Shown one piece after another: positions 52,186 through 64,000 of a stretch of 64,000 bases of DNA. A program made the position numbers and the translations under genes. The notes under the pieces were generated by a model. That model made no database searches and had not been told where the DNA came from. It was given only the letters and a program-made list of their open reading frames with translations. Positions within the stretch are counted from its first letter, which is position 1; the number at the start of each line of letters is the position of its first letter. The stretch comes from Novakomyces olei (Eukaryota): positions 868,001 to 932,000 of the forward strand of contig JADEYG010000002.1 in assembly GCA_016906335.1 (NCBI GenBank), given 5' to 3'.

Positions 52186-52508
52186 TTAAAATATGCATTA
52201 TAGTTACTTTAATTTAAGCTCTACTATGCATGCATCGTAGTCGCGTCCCCGAATAGCTCCTAATTAATGTTAAGGATTGTAGATATTTCATAATTTTAGT
52301 TTGCTCTTTTTCCATTAGGACAGGGACTTAGGGGGCTAACTTGGGCGCTATATGCGCGTATGAATGCATGATTCATCTGATAGCGAGTCTCGTGTCGACC
52401 TGCATCTGAGCTGAAACCAGTCATAAAGCCCTGGTTCTATGTTATCGGCAGGCGTTCAGTCTAGAGAACCCGCTGCTTTAAGATTTACTCTAAACTGTAG
52501 TTTTCCTC

Positions 52509-53049
52509 TCAAAGAAACTTTTTGGCGGCAGCTTTGACCTTTGCGTCAAAGGTAGGATTTGTAACCTTGTCATCAACACCATAGAACGGGTTGAGTAATG
52601 TTTTGAGATAGAGCTCATGCAGCTCTGAAAAAAAACCCTTTAGACCATCTTCCGACCTCGCACCGTGAAGCATGATAAATCTGACGCCTACATGTCAGCC
52701 AAATTCAGCGGAGAGCCGAGCTTACAAGATGATGTCAGGTAAACTGATACGCAAATATTGCTAAAACTATCGACTTGTTTGATGTACCTAGGCTCAATTA
52801 GAAAATGAGTAAATGATTGCATACATTTGATTATTGATCCATTGGACTTCCTCCACAATATCGAGCGAAGAGTGTGCAATGAACTGGTTCATATACTTTT
52901 GCTCTTGATGAAACTATTATTAATTTAGAACCTGGAAGCCCAAAAATACAAACCTTGGCCGAGCCATCTCCACCTTGTTTCGATGTTCCAAGCTCACATT
53001 CATATATAGGGTTATCTTTAGTACCAACAATGACCAGGTAGTACGACAT
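52509..53049 (-). CDS. TRS20: TRAPP subunit Trs20/sedlin, multi-exon
   Basis: MSYYLVIVGTKDNPIYE, MNQFIAHSSLDIVEE and LYLKTLLNPFY..TFDAKVKAAAKKFL*. Confidence 0.9.
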
Positions 53050-53111
53050 GTAGGTCCACGCGCCGCCTAAGCGTTTCGAGTAGGTGCAACGCTGATGATG
53101 ACGGTGCTGTG

Positions 53112-53201
<90 letters not shown>
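53112..53201. repeat. (ATT)30 microsatellite
   Basis: Perfect 90-bp trinucleotide run in the TRS20/DAD3 divergent promoter. Confidence 0.95.
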
Positions 53202-53203
<2 letters not shown>

Positions 53204-53281
53204 GAAATGACCTCTTGAAGACAAATAAATAGGAACAATACGCGCCACTCTATGTTTTTATGAATGGATTGACGCGCTCGA

Positions 53282-53554
53282 ATGGAGAGCACAGAGAGTC
53301 TTGAACAGCAGGTTCTGGATGAGTACGCGTCACTTGTGGCCAACTTGAACACGGTAACTTTTTGTCTTGCAAAAGTCACTAATGGACAGCTTTCTGCTAG
53401 TATTCTAAGTCTGTCACAATCGCCGACGACAGAACTCGGAGAAGATATGCGACGAGTAGAACGTAAAGCTAATCTCGTATTCACACTTTTCAAATCATCA
53501 GTTTGGTCAATACTTGATGTGATTGAACACAATGAGCAAAGTATGGATGAATAA
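53282..53554 (+). CDS. DAD3: DASH complex subunit Dad3
   Basis: LEQQVLDEYASL..NL and MRRVERKANLVFTLFKSSVWSI; in-frame 36-nt intron 53354-53389. Confidence 0.85.
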   Translation: MESTESLEQQVLDEYASLVANLNTVTFCLAKVTNGQLSASILSLSQSPTTELGEDMRRVERKANLVFTLFKSSVWSILDVIEHNEQSMDE

Positions 53555-53805
53555 TCGCGCGCGCTGGTCTACTTCGTCGTGGGCTATTGAAATCAAAGCC
53601 AATACCAAATGGCAGCACGGCAGATTTAACGCTACTGTTCATTATAGAACTAAAAGTGATGATTTAAAGAGCAGCACTGAGTTTTCCAGGCTTTCAAAAA
53701 ACACGTGTGTCATTCTACAATCTCTATGAATCAAAATCCACCAATTTAAAGTCAATGCGTAGAAAGACCTGGAAGAGTCCATCTTTGCAGAATGCCATTA
53801 AATCA

Positions 53806-54574
53806 TCATGGTCGGTACCGCTCGAGTTCGTTCTTTGGGTCCTTCAGAGCCGATACAATGTACTATTATAGCGTTAGCATTAAAATCTAAGCAGCTTACC
53901 TTTGTGTGACTTCCTCGCGCAAACATCTGACCCTTTTTGTTGAAGAACTCGATCTTTGTAAACGCAATACTACTGCCTTGGCGTATTAAACAACTATTGT
54001 GATAAGGCTTTACCCAATTTTTCACAGCAACTGACCTGTGTGTTAGTCGAGGATGGTAAACCGGCATACAATATCGATTTCGTCTCCCGCTTTCCCACCT
54101 GAATTCTAAGCTTTGACGCTACTCAAGTAATTACCGCTACTCAAGTATGTTTGGTTCATGTCAATGGTGACGCCGGTCTGTTGCAGTCCACGGCTAGATA
54201 TTGCTAGCGAACCGGCCAAATCGTCTTGTACATTAGTAAATAGCCAGCAGAGCCCATACTTAGAGCGGCGATTGTGCCTCCATGTAAACTGCCAATGCGG
54301 TTCTGGTATATTAGTAAAGCAATGCTGTTGATAGCGATAGCAATACCAAGTGATACTGCTGCAATGCTAACGTCAGGCTAACTTTTCCGGGGTCGGCAGA
54401 AACTAGTTTTAGCTGTTGCGTTTAGCCTTCCCTGTTGGCAATCTTACTCCGCCGAGCAGGTGAAAGTCCATGCCCCGCGCATCATGGAACTGTTGCAGGA
54501 TCTAGTGCGCGGTTAATGTATAGTCCGCACCAGATACTTACCCTTCCAACGAATCCAAAAGACCGGCCTGCCAT
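53806..54574 (-). CDS. PaaI/ACOT13 hotdog-fold thioesterase, 9 exons
   Basis: Spliced frame HL|NRIGSLHGGTIAAL..D..GSLAI..TGVTIDMNQTYLSS|G..LG|SSIAF..ARGSHTK|YI; 8 short GT-AG introns. Confidence 0.85.
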
Positions 54575-55287
54575 TATTACAAGAACCTGTCGCGAACGCT
54601 CCCTCGTTTAGGGTTTAGATTGCAGTTACGAAATATATTAAATCGTTATTCTATGCACAGTAATTGTGTGGAGAAGGATTGACCAAAAGCCTGTAAATAT
54701 CGTAAAATATTGCTAAGCAATGCCTACTCGATGTGCCCGTACGACCAAATTATATGGTACTGCCCACATTTTTATCTCGCAAGGCTTACCTCCAGTTTTG
54801 TGGATACACGATTGAGGCTGTAGCCCCAGAGTAGATAGGTATATATAAATAAATAAATAACTGGTAATAGTCAATTATCACTTACGGCTTGATTCATGTT
54901 AAACCATGCTGAATAACCCAACACCTTCCCAACCCTCAAAATATATCCGTACTGTGCAATCTAACTTTAGCAGCGATCTCCCTCCGAAACATTAGACTTA
55001 ACCTTCAAATCCAGCTATTATTGTAAATGTACAAAAAGCCAGATTACACATCCAGATTACAATGTGTAAAACACAAGTGTCGTTTACCCATCGTAGACCA
55101 CCGCACATCTAACGGTCGAATCCAATTGCTGGATTGGTACCTTTTCCCAGATATTAGTAGTAACGATACGTGCAAGAGACGACAAGTAGGCGCGTACGTC
55201 TCTTGTTACCATTAACGCTATACTTTATACACAGTAATATGGCTTGAGAGCGTGGTAACCTCCCTCGTTCTCAGCCTACTCTACGCT

Positions 55288-56763
55288 ATGGCGGATCCGG
55301 AGAGCACGCCGCGGCCAGTGTCGCGGTCAGGCTCTCCCGGGGGATCGTCGTTGCCGATAGACAGCAGTTCGTGTCAGAAGCTTGCACAGGGCTCAGAGCA
55401 CCGCAACTCGCTCGCGCCCACGTGGTGGTATAAATGGCCTATGTCGGCCAGTCTGCCCCGGTCTAGCAGCCCTATAGGATCTTTGCGCAAAGGCCGATCT
55501 CCTACTGGCAAAAGCCGCACGTCGCCAAAGAAATTGGCGTCACCTAACTCGTCGGCCTCACCGAGTTCGAGTCCCGGACGCGTTTCGCCAAGCAAATCGT
55601 CTGCGTCTGCCGCCTCCAACACGATTATCGGCAATGTTAACCCTAACACCAATTCTAGTGCAAATGGCGTTACCAGCACAAGTTTAAACTCGAATTCGAA
55701 TGCAAACTCGAATGCTAATTCGAATGCTAATTCGAATGCTAATTCCAATTCTAATTCCAACGGCAGCACGAGCATGGGAAGTTTTTTTTCTCGATTTCGG
55801 CCATCACCAAATAATCGTACGCGAGACAGTACGCGCGACACGGCAGCAGATACTTCGCCGGTAAAACGAAACGTAGAAAGCCGTGTTTGTCGGGAACCTG
55901 TTTTTGGTGTTTCCCTGGATCTTGCGGTGGAGAGGAGTCAGCAACGTGATGCTTTTCTGCGTACGCGACTGCCTATTGTCGTTACTCAATGTATAGAATT
56001 TTTGGACACACACGGGCTTGATGAAGTGGGCCTTTACCGTGTGCCTGGAAGTTTTGCGGAAATAAGGCGGTTGCGTAACAGATACGATTCGGGAGAAGAG
56101 GTTCAGTTGCAGAGTGGTGACTATGAAACCTATGACGCACACACAGTTGCCAGCTTATTGAAATTGTTTTTGCGAGAACTGAAAAGGCCGCTTATTCCGG
56201 GCGAGCAAGCTAAACGAATGCAAATTATTGCAGCACAATATGACAAAGCGGCTGCTTGTACAAGTGCAGATAAAGGATCAGCGCTGGCCGAGGGTGATTC
56301 TGCGAACTGCTCTCCGCCAAGCACACTTGACCTGTCTATAGTGGCGGAACAGCTGCATTCTGTCGTTGCGGAACTACCTGAACGCGTGCGTGAGCTATAC
56401 AAAATAATAAGCTCTCATTTAAAGCGAGTCGCTGATCACGCGGAGGAAAATCGTATGAATATTTCGAATTTAGGGTTAGTTTTCTGCCCCAATTTGGATC
56501 TCGGAAGTGTTGCATTTCGTGCATTTGTGGAATATGGTGATATTGTGTTTGCAGAGAAGCCGCCAGAGACACTGTTTGACCCTCAATCGTACGTGTACGT
56601 GTCGCCCGTACTTAAGCAAGGCGAGTTTGGTCACGATATTGATGATCAGTACAAAAGACAAAATAAAACTTTGTTCCAGCTTTCTGTGGCTGCTGAGCAG
56701 AATCTGCGTAATCTGGAAATCTCTACAGACACGGACGAGAAAGACGAGTCTGCCAGTCGGTGA
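55288..56763 (+). CDS. RhoGAP domain protein with Ser/Asn-rich N-terminus
   Basis: VFGVSL, LPIVVTQCIEFL..GLDEVGLYRVPGS, HTVASLLKLFLREL and NRMNISNLGLVFCP. Confidence 0.9.
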   Translation: MADPESTPRPVSRSGSPGGSSLPIDSSSCQKLAQGSEHRNSLAPTWWYKWPMSASLPRSSSPIGSLRKGRSPTGKSRTSPKKLASPNSSASPSSSPGRVSPSKSSASAASNTIIGNVNPNTNSSANGVTSTSLNSNSNANSNANSNANSNANSNSNSNGSTSMGSFFSRFRPSPNNRTRDSTRDTAADTSPVKRNVESRVCREPVFGVSLDLAVERSQQRDAFLRTRLPIVVTQCIEFLDTHGLDEVGLYRVPGSFAEIRRLRNRYDSGEEVQLQSGDYETYDAHTVASLLKLFLRELKRPLIPGEQAKRMQIIAAQYDKAAACTSADKGSALAEGDSANCSPPSTLDLSIVAEQLHSVVAELPERVRELYKIISSHLKRVADHAEENRMNISNLGLVFCPNLDLGSVAFRAFVEYGDIVFAEKPPETLFDPQSYVYVSPVLKQGEFGHDIDDQYKRQNKTLFQLSVAAEQNLRNLEISTDTDEKDESASR

Positions 56764-57325
56764 CAAAAAAGGGGTGCTTGTTGGCAACAATATTGTCTAA
56801 TGTTGTCGTTGAATAACTGCGTTTGTTCTTTCATAATGGCCATTATTCAAAGCGCTGCACACAAAAATGTCTGGCCCCGAAACGCAACGTTTAGTCGACC
56901 AAATCACGGGCAATTGTGCAATTATTCGTTTATTCGTTTATTCTATATATACTATACACATTATACAGCAATAGGCTTGTTTTGATCACGGCTTTATTAT
57001 GCTGCTTACTGATATTGGGGGATCCTTTCCGATGTATCAGGATTGGGTACTGATTTTGAAATTGTTTATAATTCATCCTGTTGTTGCTATTTTCAAATGA
57101 AGCAATATCTTATAACCAAGATAGCGTTGATCCCTGTGTTCAACGAATGCGGTATGAAAAGTTTTTTAATGCCTTTAGTCATATAAATATCAATATCAGT
57201 TTTTTTTTATTTTTTTTCTATGTATTGTTTAGCAATGAGGTCGCGCAGTTTTGGTCAACGTCCATTGCAGAGCATGACAGAATTATCTATAGTAATGAAA
57301 TAAATTATTTATACACTGTAAAAAA

Positions 57326-59807
57326 TTATGCCTTCAAATATAGAGAAGATAGAGCTCGTGAAAACTTTGCCGACAATGCGAGGAAAACATCGTTGGCTGT
57401 TGTAAAGCGCTGGCCAATCCGGCCGGCCAGTGGAGATTTGTTGAATTTGGACTGAATTGTATCAAAATCTGTGGGAGGATCCCGCCGTAAATCTTCCAAG
57501 ACTGCCATACTGTCGACGAGGTCGGTTTGTGCAATAGCCGGCTTGCTCTCTGTAAAGTCAGAAATAAAAAATTCTTTAATTAACATCGATCGATATGAGT
57601 ATTAAACATTCTTTCAAACGACAAAAATTTTATAGTCACAAACAACTTGAGCCATTGACAACAATAAAAATAATAAAATTACCGTCCAAAATTGAATAAA
57701 GCTCGAAAAACAATGCGACAAGCACGTCCTTTGGGACATAATCGCATCGAATCAAGGAGCACAAGCAAGTGCACGCGCGACGAGTCCGGCCGGCGGACAC
57801 TTCAGTCATGTATTCCCCGACTGTGGCAAATGGAGCGATGAGCGATGCAACCATAGCACGCATATTTAACGGCGAAGACAAAAAAGATTTAAAATCCGGA
57901 TCGTCGAGTCCGATACAGGAAGATTGATATATACTCCCCTCCACAAGGAACCAGGTCAAGCGATCAAGCTGGGTAGCATTATCGGCATAATCGTAATAAC
58001 TTATCGCCTGCTTAAACTGTCCCGTATTTTCTTGCTTTTTGGCCCAAGCGTTCGCAATAACTTTAGCCTGCCGGGGTAATTCAAGATCCTCACAAATCTT
58101 TAAAAGCCCATCAACCCTGTCCTTATCCGGGAGAGAAACGTGATCGATACACAGTTCAATACGATCGTACCCCGGATCACCAGCAGCAACCCAGTAAACA
58201 ATAGCAGCGTCCCAAAGCTCGTCAACTGCAATGCACTGGGCACCGAGATCCAGAAGAAAAAATTGCCGGACAGAACATCCGTACTCGGGCGGAGCATAGT
58301 CCTCCAGCAAAGATTGGCAAAAGAAAAAGTTTGCCAACAGTGCTACAAAGTAAGCGTCCCAGTTCATCACGATTTCAAGCGTTTGAATAACATCGGCATT
58401 GATTACCGCAGCACAGGCCAGTTCCAGTGGTGAGGTTTCGTCTACGGGAAAGCCATCTTCGTCGTGCTGAACCTGCTCGAATAAAATGGCGAGGGACATT
58501 TGATCAGTGACGACTAGAGGATCGCGTAACGCGGCAATTGCAGCCAGGCACTCTTGCCAGGTAGAACTGACCTTGACGATAGTATCACGGTCTCCATTCA
58601 AGATCTGGACAAGAGCTTTGAGGCCCGAACCGTAATCGGCATTATTAAAATCATCAACGAGTGCATTTTGCAGACGACTGACACGTGATCGCCATTGTTT
58701 TAATCGTAGCGGGTAATCTCCACGCAAGTTTGAGTCCTGGACGCTTGGAGCAGCGCTCAGCACGTCAGTAATTGCAGTGATAGAACCATTCTGCGGCAGT
58801 CCACCGTGCTGAAGGCAATGAGCCGCCTGTGGGAAAAGGCCACGTAGCACTAGTCTCATTACATAATCCCAGTACTGTGGGTGCTCATAGGGGATGCGGA
58901 TACTCATAATCTCGATTCCGTCTTCCGGGGCTGGTTGTGGGTCAAACGTATTGACCCAAATTAAGAGAGATTGAGCGAGTAAAGAGTTGCTATCTCGAAA
59001 ATATATGCATCGAGCCAGACTGAAAATACTGAATGCTTGTTGTGCTCCGTCAAACGCTGATTGATCGGTTTCTGTTGCTTGTCCGTGGAAAGCGTTTATT
59101 TCGGAAAGGCATTGACGGTAGATGTCATCTGCTAATAACGGCAGCCGCCAGGATGTCTCTTCATCGTAAAGAAACTGTCTCACTTCGTCGTTTAAGTCTC
59201 TGAAGCGTGCAAGCGTACTTTTTATTAACTTTGCATTAGTTAGTTTATTATCAAGTTGAGCAAGCCGGTGTTTACTTGCAGCCTTCGGAAAAGAAAAGCG
59301 AAAAACACAATAAAGAAAAAGGTTTGCACACAATGTAGACTGGCCAGCTCGTTGGTTTGTTTGTACACTCAAAATTGACTGGACAAAAGTTAAATAGCGC
59401 TTTAAATTCACAGAAAACAAAAACCAAACCACGTTACAACGATCCACCCGATTTCAATTTCGAATATTGAATTATCTACTTACACGAATATCGATCTCGT
59501 TTATCTTATTAACTTGTACTTCATACAAGTTGGTCTCAACATCGCCGTGAAAGGGAGCACTTTTAACCTAAAATTAGCTTTAAATTAAAAACAAGCTTAC
59601 CAATTGCATCTTTTCTATGCGTAGAGAGCCACTCGTAAGCGCAGCAATGCCTCCTGTTCCCCATTGGTTTGGCTTAAAAAGAAGAGTTCGTCCTTCCCTA
59701 TGCCAGTTTCCCAGTTGGCCTGCTTCTATTGGACCGTTGACGATATTGATAGGCTTGACTACCGCTTCAGCGGTGCCATTATCAGTCTCATCTTCCGAGT
59801 CAAACAT
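57326..59807 (-). CDS. NUP85: Nucleoporin Nup85, multi-exon
   Basis: LLIWVN, P..HPQYWDYVMRLVLRGLF, WRSRV, LVQILNGD and STWQE motifs; 5' exon structure is approximate. Confidence 0.72.
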
Positions 59808-59937
59808 GCTACGCTACGCAACACATTCGGTGAGCGCGCGTCAGGGTTTGAGTCCGCTACAAATGCAATGACAAATTAAAACAATAATATTAAGAACAAT
59901 CACAATAATAACATTACACACAGCACTAATAACAAAG

Positions 59938-60012
59938 CCTTTATTTATTTTTTATCTTATTTTTATTTTTATTTTTATTTTTACTTTTACTTTTATTTCT
60001 AGTTCCAGTTCT

Positions 60013-60046
<34 letters not shown>

Positions 60047-60090
60047 CTTTTTATTTCTTATTATTATTATTATTTTTTTATTTTTATATT
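59938..60090. repeat. Asymmetric T-rich tract including a poly(T) run of about 32 nt
   Basis: Poly(T) at about 60015-60046, flanked by TTTTA/TTA repeats, in the NUP85/RIB5 divergent promoter. Confidence 0.85.
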
Positions 60091-60630
60091 CAACAATTTC
60101 TTATTTCCATTGGTACCTCCGTCATACTTGGAACATTATCCACTACCACTTTGCCACAATGGTATTATTTAAATAATTTAGGAAATATAGGTTGGAAATT
60201 GTTCTTATGGTAGAATGATTGAATTAGAAACTCACAAAAGCTTTAGCTAAATCCCCCAAGGATCTGGGAGTTCGCTTGGGCTGTTTATAATTATGTGTTA
60301 CAAATGTCTTTAAACTAAAGTCAAGAACTGACACGCGCGATAGATGTATCTGAATTAGGAGAGTGAAGTATGAATCCCAAGCTACAAGCGCAAAAATAAA
60401 TATGTATAAAGTGTGATATAGTGTGCCTTTTGTGGTATCGCTCACTAATACTAAAAGAAGACACAAGTCACCCAAAAGAGATTGTGAGCTCTAAAGATTA
60501 TAATGACGATGGAAAAGAAGGTGGAATAATTATGAATAATCAACGAACATAGACTATTTTGTTTATTATTCATCTGCCTCTGTCTTAGAATGAGAGCAGG
60601 GCTGAGTAAAGTCTAAAATTTGTGTGAGCC

Positions 60631-61339
60631 ATGTTTACGGGCTTGATTGAGGAAGTTGGTGGTAAGTTTATTATTGTATTTTCAGCTGACGGGGCTAGTC
60701 GTGCAGGCCGTGGAGCCTGATGACCGGAGCGATTCTAAGGGCGAACCAGGATTTTCGCTTTCTGTCGGCCAGTGCCCCACAATCGTTAGCGATCTGCATC
60801 TGGGCGACTCGATTGCGGTGAACGGTGTCTGTCTGACAGCCGTACAATTCAGCAAGGATGCGAGTGCTGTAAAGTTTGGTGTGAGCCCAGAAACTCTCCG
60901 CAGGTCAAATTTGGGCTCGCTTTGTTCTGGTAGTAAAGTAAATCTGGAGCGCGCCCTCCGTGCGGACGCCCGACTGGGAGGCCACATGGTCCAAGGGCAC
61001 GTGGATACAGTGGCAACCATAGATCGCATCGAAGCTGATGGGAATGCGATAGCGTATACTTTTTCCGTGTATGACGGTGCCAGCGAGATACTAAAGTACG
61101 TTGTTGAAAAGGGTTATATTGCACTAGACGGCACATCCCTGACAGTTACAGCTGTGGGAGAGTCACAGTTTTCTATTATGATGGTGGCCTATACACAGGA
61201 CAAGGTTATAATGCCGTCAAAAACAGTGGGCGATACGGTGAACGTGGAAGTGGACCAGGTTGGAAAGTATTGCGAGCGCTTGCTTGCTGGCCACCTTGCT
61301 TCTATCACGGCTGCCCAGGCTATCGGATGCAGGGATTAG
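60631..61339 (+). CDS. RIB5: Riboflavin synthase, 2 exons
   Basis: MFTGLIEEVG, intron 60662-60698, GDSIAVNGVCLT, VNLERA..RLGGHMVQGHVD and KGYIALDGTSLTV. Confidence 0.95.
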
Positions 61340-61526
61340 GTTTCCTGTCCTACAGTATAGCGGAAGATTGGCGGTGGATCAAGGATGCAACTTTTGTGGA
61401 GTCGGACTGCTTCTTTAATGCCCAAACGTCGGTTTGTCAGGCAAAACGTTGTATGGCAAGCAAAATGTTTCAATATGTTTATAACAAGAATGTACTATTT
61501 TCGTTACAGCATAATACCATGTCAAT

Positions 61527-61542
61527 AGGGTTAGTTAGGGTT
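61527..61542. promoter_or_regulatory. Telomere-like promoter element (exact 16-mer, reverse orientation)
   Basis: AGGGTTAGTTAGGGTT upstream of CPS1. Confidence 0.75.
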
Positions 61543-61905
61543 AATTATTGGACTAGAATAATCTAAACTTGCCAGAGTACCTTTGGCGTCCTTTAACAAA
61601 CAAAACTATGCAGCTTTACAGAGTGTACAAAGCGCACAGAGTATCTTGGCACCTTATGTCAGCACATTATATTGGCACTATCACGAGCATTGGTCCCTCC
61701 CTCGTAAAGTAGGTGTAGGAAATTGGCGCTCAACGCCATTTATTGCTTGTGAGAAAAGGAAAAGGCATATTTTTATCGTATATTACTTAGAAGCTACTTG
61801 CCGCTATCATGCCTTAACTGCTCGTATATATCGTCATATTATTTAACAGTGGCCATTGGCCGCGATAAGCAAAAAGCGGGCGGAAAGGCGTCTCACTTTT
61901 GAGCT

Positions 61906-63917
61906 ATGGATACCGAAAAGTGTTTGGGCGCCAATGCGGTAGTACAGACGTCGCGCCGACTGCCAAATTCGCGTAGCACGTTAATTGCAGTAATTGCTAT
62001 ATTGTTGACAGTTTTTACTTTTATTTCAAGACAATGTCACCCACAGGAAGTAGAGAGCCGTGCTCTTTGTCAACAAGCGCCTGCAATTGCGCCTCCTCCA
62101 GATCAGGCGTTGGACGAGACAAGGGATTATATAGCTTCAGAGGAATACCAGAATATATCAGCAAACTTTTTGGCGGAAGCTGTACGCTTACCCACAGTGT
62201 AAAGATGACTTTTCAGCTGTTTGCGTTACTAATAGCCAAGTGCCTATGACGATTTGGGACCTGTGGGCAAGGATCCACGATGGGACATATTTTACAAATT
62301 TTCGGATTTCTTGCACGCAAGCTTTCCCGTGCTGTAAGTTTTTATTGGAAATGTACCAATCTAATGAAGGCAAGCCACAGCAATCTGCACTTGGAAAAGG
62401 TCAATACCCACGGGTTATTGTACACGTGGAAAGGCTCGAATGATTCTTTGGCGCCTGTCATTTTCATGGTAGGACAGTGTCTGCTTACTCTGAATTTTTA
62501 GATTTCCAATGTTGACTACCGAATCCTCATTTTCCGACTTATCATCGGATTCTTTAGTCGTCTTGATTGTTCATTCTTTTTTCCCCTGCATGCCGGCTAT
62601 ATACTCGCCTCAGCTGCGCCCTTTCGAACGATACTCTCTAATAACTAGGCTCATCAGGATGTTGTGCCCGTGCCTAAAGAAACATTGGACAAATGGAAGC
62701 ATGCACCATTCTCCGGTGACATTGATGGCACTTTAATATGGGGCCGCGGCGCAAGCGATACGAAAAACACACTGATTGCTATTTTCGAAGCGATAGAAGC
62801 TCTACTAAAGGCTGGATTTGCGCCACAACGCACGTTTATTCTGGCCTTCGGGTTTGATGAGGAGAATGTGGCTGGGAGCCAAGGGTCTTATCCCATTGCG
62901 TCCCGAATTGAACAACTTTATGGGGCTGACTCGGTTGCGCTTTTGCTGGATGAGGGTTCTTCTTTTGACGAACTATATGGTCAAGTGTTTGCGCTTCCGG
63001 CTACTGCAGAAAAGGGCCATATCAACGTACACAGCACACTAAACACGCCCGGTGGCCATTCAAGCATACCTCCTGACCATACTGGTATTGGTATAATTGC
63101 GGGTAAGGATGCTTTTAGCATTATTATGGATTTGTACTAACTATTTACTATTTTCTTTATCCAAGATTTTGTACATTTACTCGAGTCAAGTCCGTACAAG
63201 ACCAAATTGATAGAGGAGAATCCTTTGTATTCTACGGCTCAGTGTATTGCAGCGAAATCACCAGATGCACCCAATGAATTGCTCAAGTTGGTGCGTCGTA
63301 ATGACAAAAAGTCTCTTGCCAAATTTTTCGCCAGTGAATCTCTTGCTAACAAATATTTTCTCACAACTTCTGCTGCTATTGATCTGATACAGGGAGGTGT
63401 AAAAATAAATGCGCTTCCAGAGCAAGTCAGTATTTCTTCAAATCATCGGGTAGCGTTGCACGAGACGCTGCAGGTGGTGCGGGACAAATATATTAGTGCT
63501 GCGCTTATTCTGGCGAAGAATTATAATTTGAGTGTCAATGCCTTTGGGGAGCAAATTGCTCTAGCTGATCCTCAGCGCACGCTGACTATCAAATCAGGAG
63601 GGGAAATTGAAGTGGCCCCAATAACTCCTACTACTCGAGGCGTGGCGGCGTGGGATCTTTTAAGTGGGACTATTCGTCACGTTTTCCCCGAGGCACTTGT
63701 CTCGCCGTACTTGACTACGGGAAACACTGACACCAAAGCTTATCATAACCTTACTCGAAACATCTATCGCTTTGGCCCTACTGGATACGTGCCCCTTACA
63801 GACGGACCGACTGGAGTGCACACCATCAACGAGCGTGTGCCAATTACGTCACACACGAACGCGGTCTTGTTCTATTACCAGTTTGTGAGGAACATTGATG
63901 CCAGCAGTGATATTTGA
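61906..63917 (+). CDS. CPS1: Vacuolar Gly-X carboxypeptidase (peptidase M20), multi-exon
   Basis: N-terminal TM segment, GLLYTWKGS, M|AHQDVVPV, IWGRGASDTK, FGFDEE, GGHSSIPP, GNTDT and HTINE. Confidence 0.9.
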
Positions 63918-64000
63918 TTGGTTGTTGTAGTTTCATATGAAATTTAGAAGATGATTAGACGTAAACTGTCGAGAAGAGGGAGTGGTAATCAATAATAGTT

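Noticed and set aside
55638-56481. TAACCCTAAC (55638) and TAGGGTTAGTT (56471) inside the RhoGAP CDS
   Set aside because: These are single half-sites explained by codons (NPN; LGLV), so they were not counted as promoter elements.

Overview
Gene-dense (about 30 protein genes in 64 kb) eukaryotic nuclear DNA from a yeast-like ascomycete. Very short GT-AG introns (often 34-50 nt), frequent AAG acceptors and the presence of eIF3L suggest an early-diverging lineage (Taphrinomycotina-like or basal Saccharomycotina); this placement is inference only. Most genes are housekeeping: COX23, YIP1, YAF9, ASK1, an SDR, a PNPOx-like protein, LST4/FNIP, HDA1/clr3, MCM6, UFD4, a GNAT, an MRP8-like protein, REX4, a TFIIS-M protein, an HVA22/YOP1-like protein, TANGO2, eIF3L, UTP12, TOF1, TOR, BCS1, PRE8, TRS20, DAD3, a PaaI thioesterase, a RhoGAP, NUP85, RIB5 and CPS1. 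The strongest unexplained signal is a telomere-like 16-mer, AACCCTAACTAACCCT (two AACCCT half-sites 10 bp apart). It occurs 8 times exactly plus several variants, in either orientation, always about 110-360 bp upstream of start codons and never in convergent gaps. Divergent promoters that lack it carry poly(dA:dT) or (ATT)n tracts instead. I also reconstructed a 3-exon Cys-rich membrane protein gene (1323-1793) that the ORF track misses. Gene names come from recalled motifs, not database searches, and exon boundaries were set by eye.
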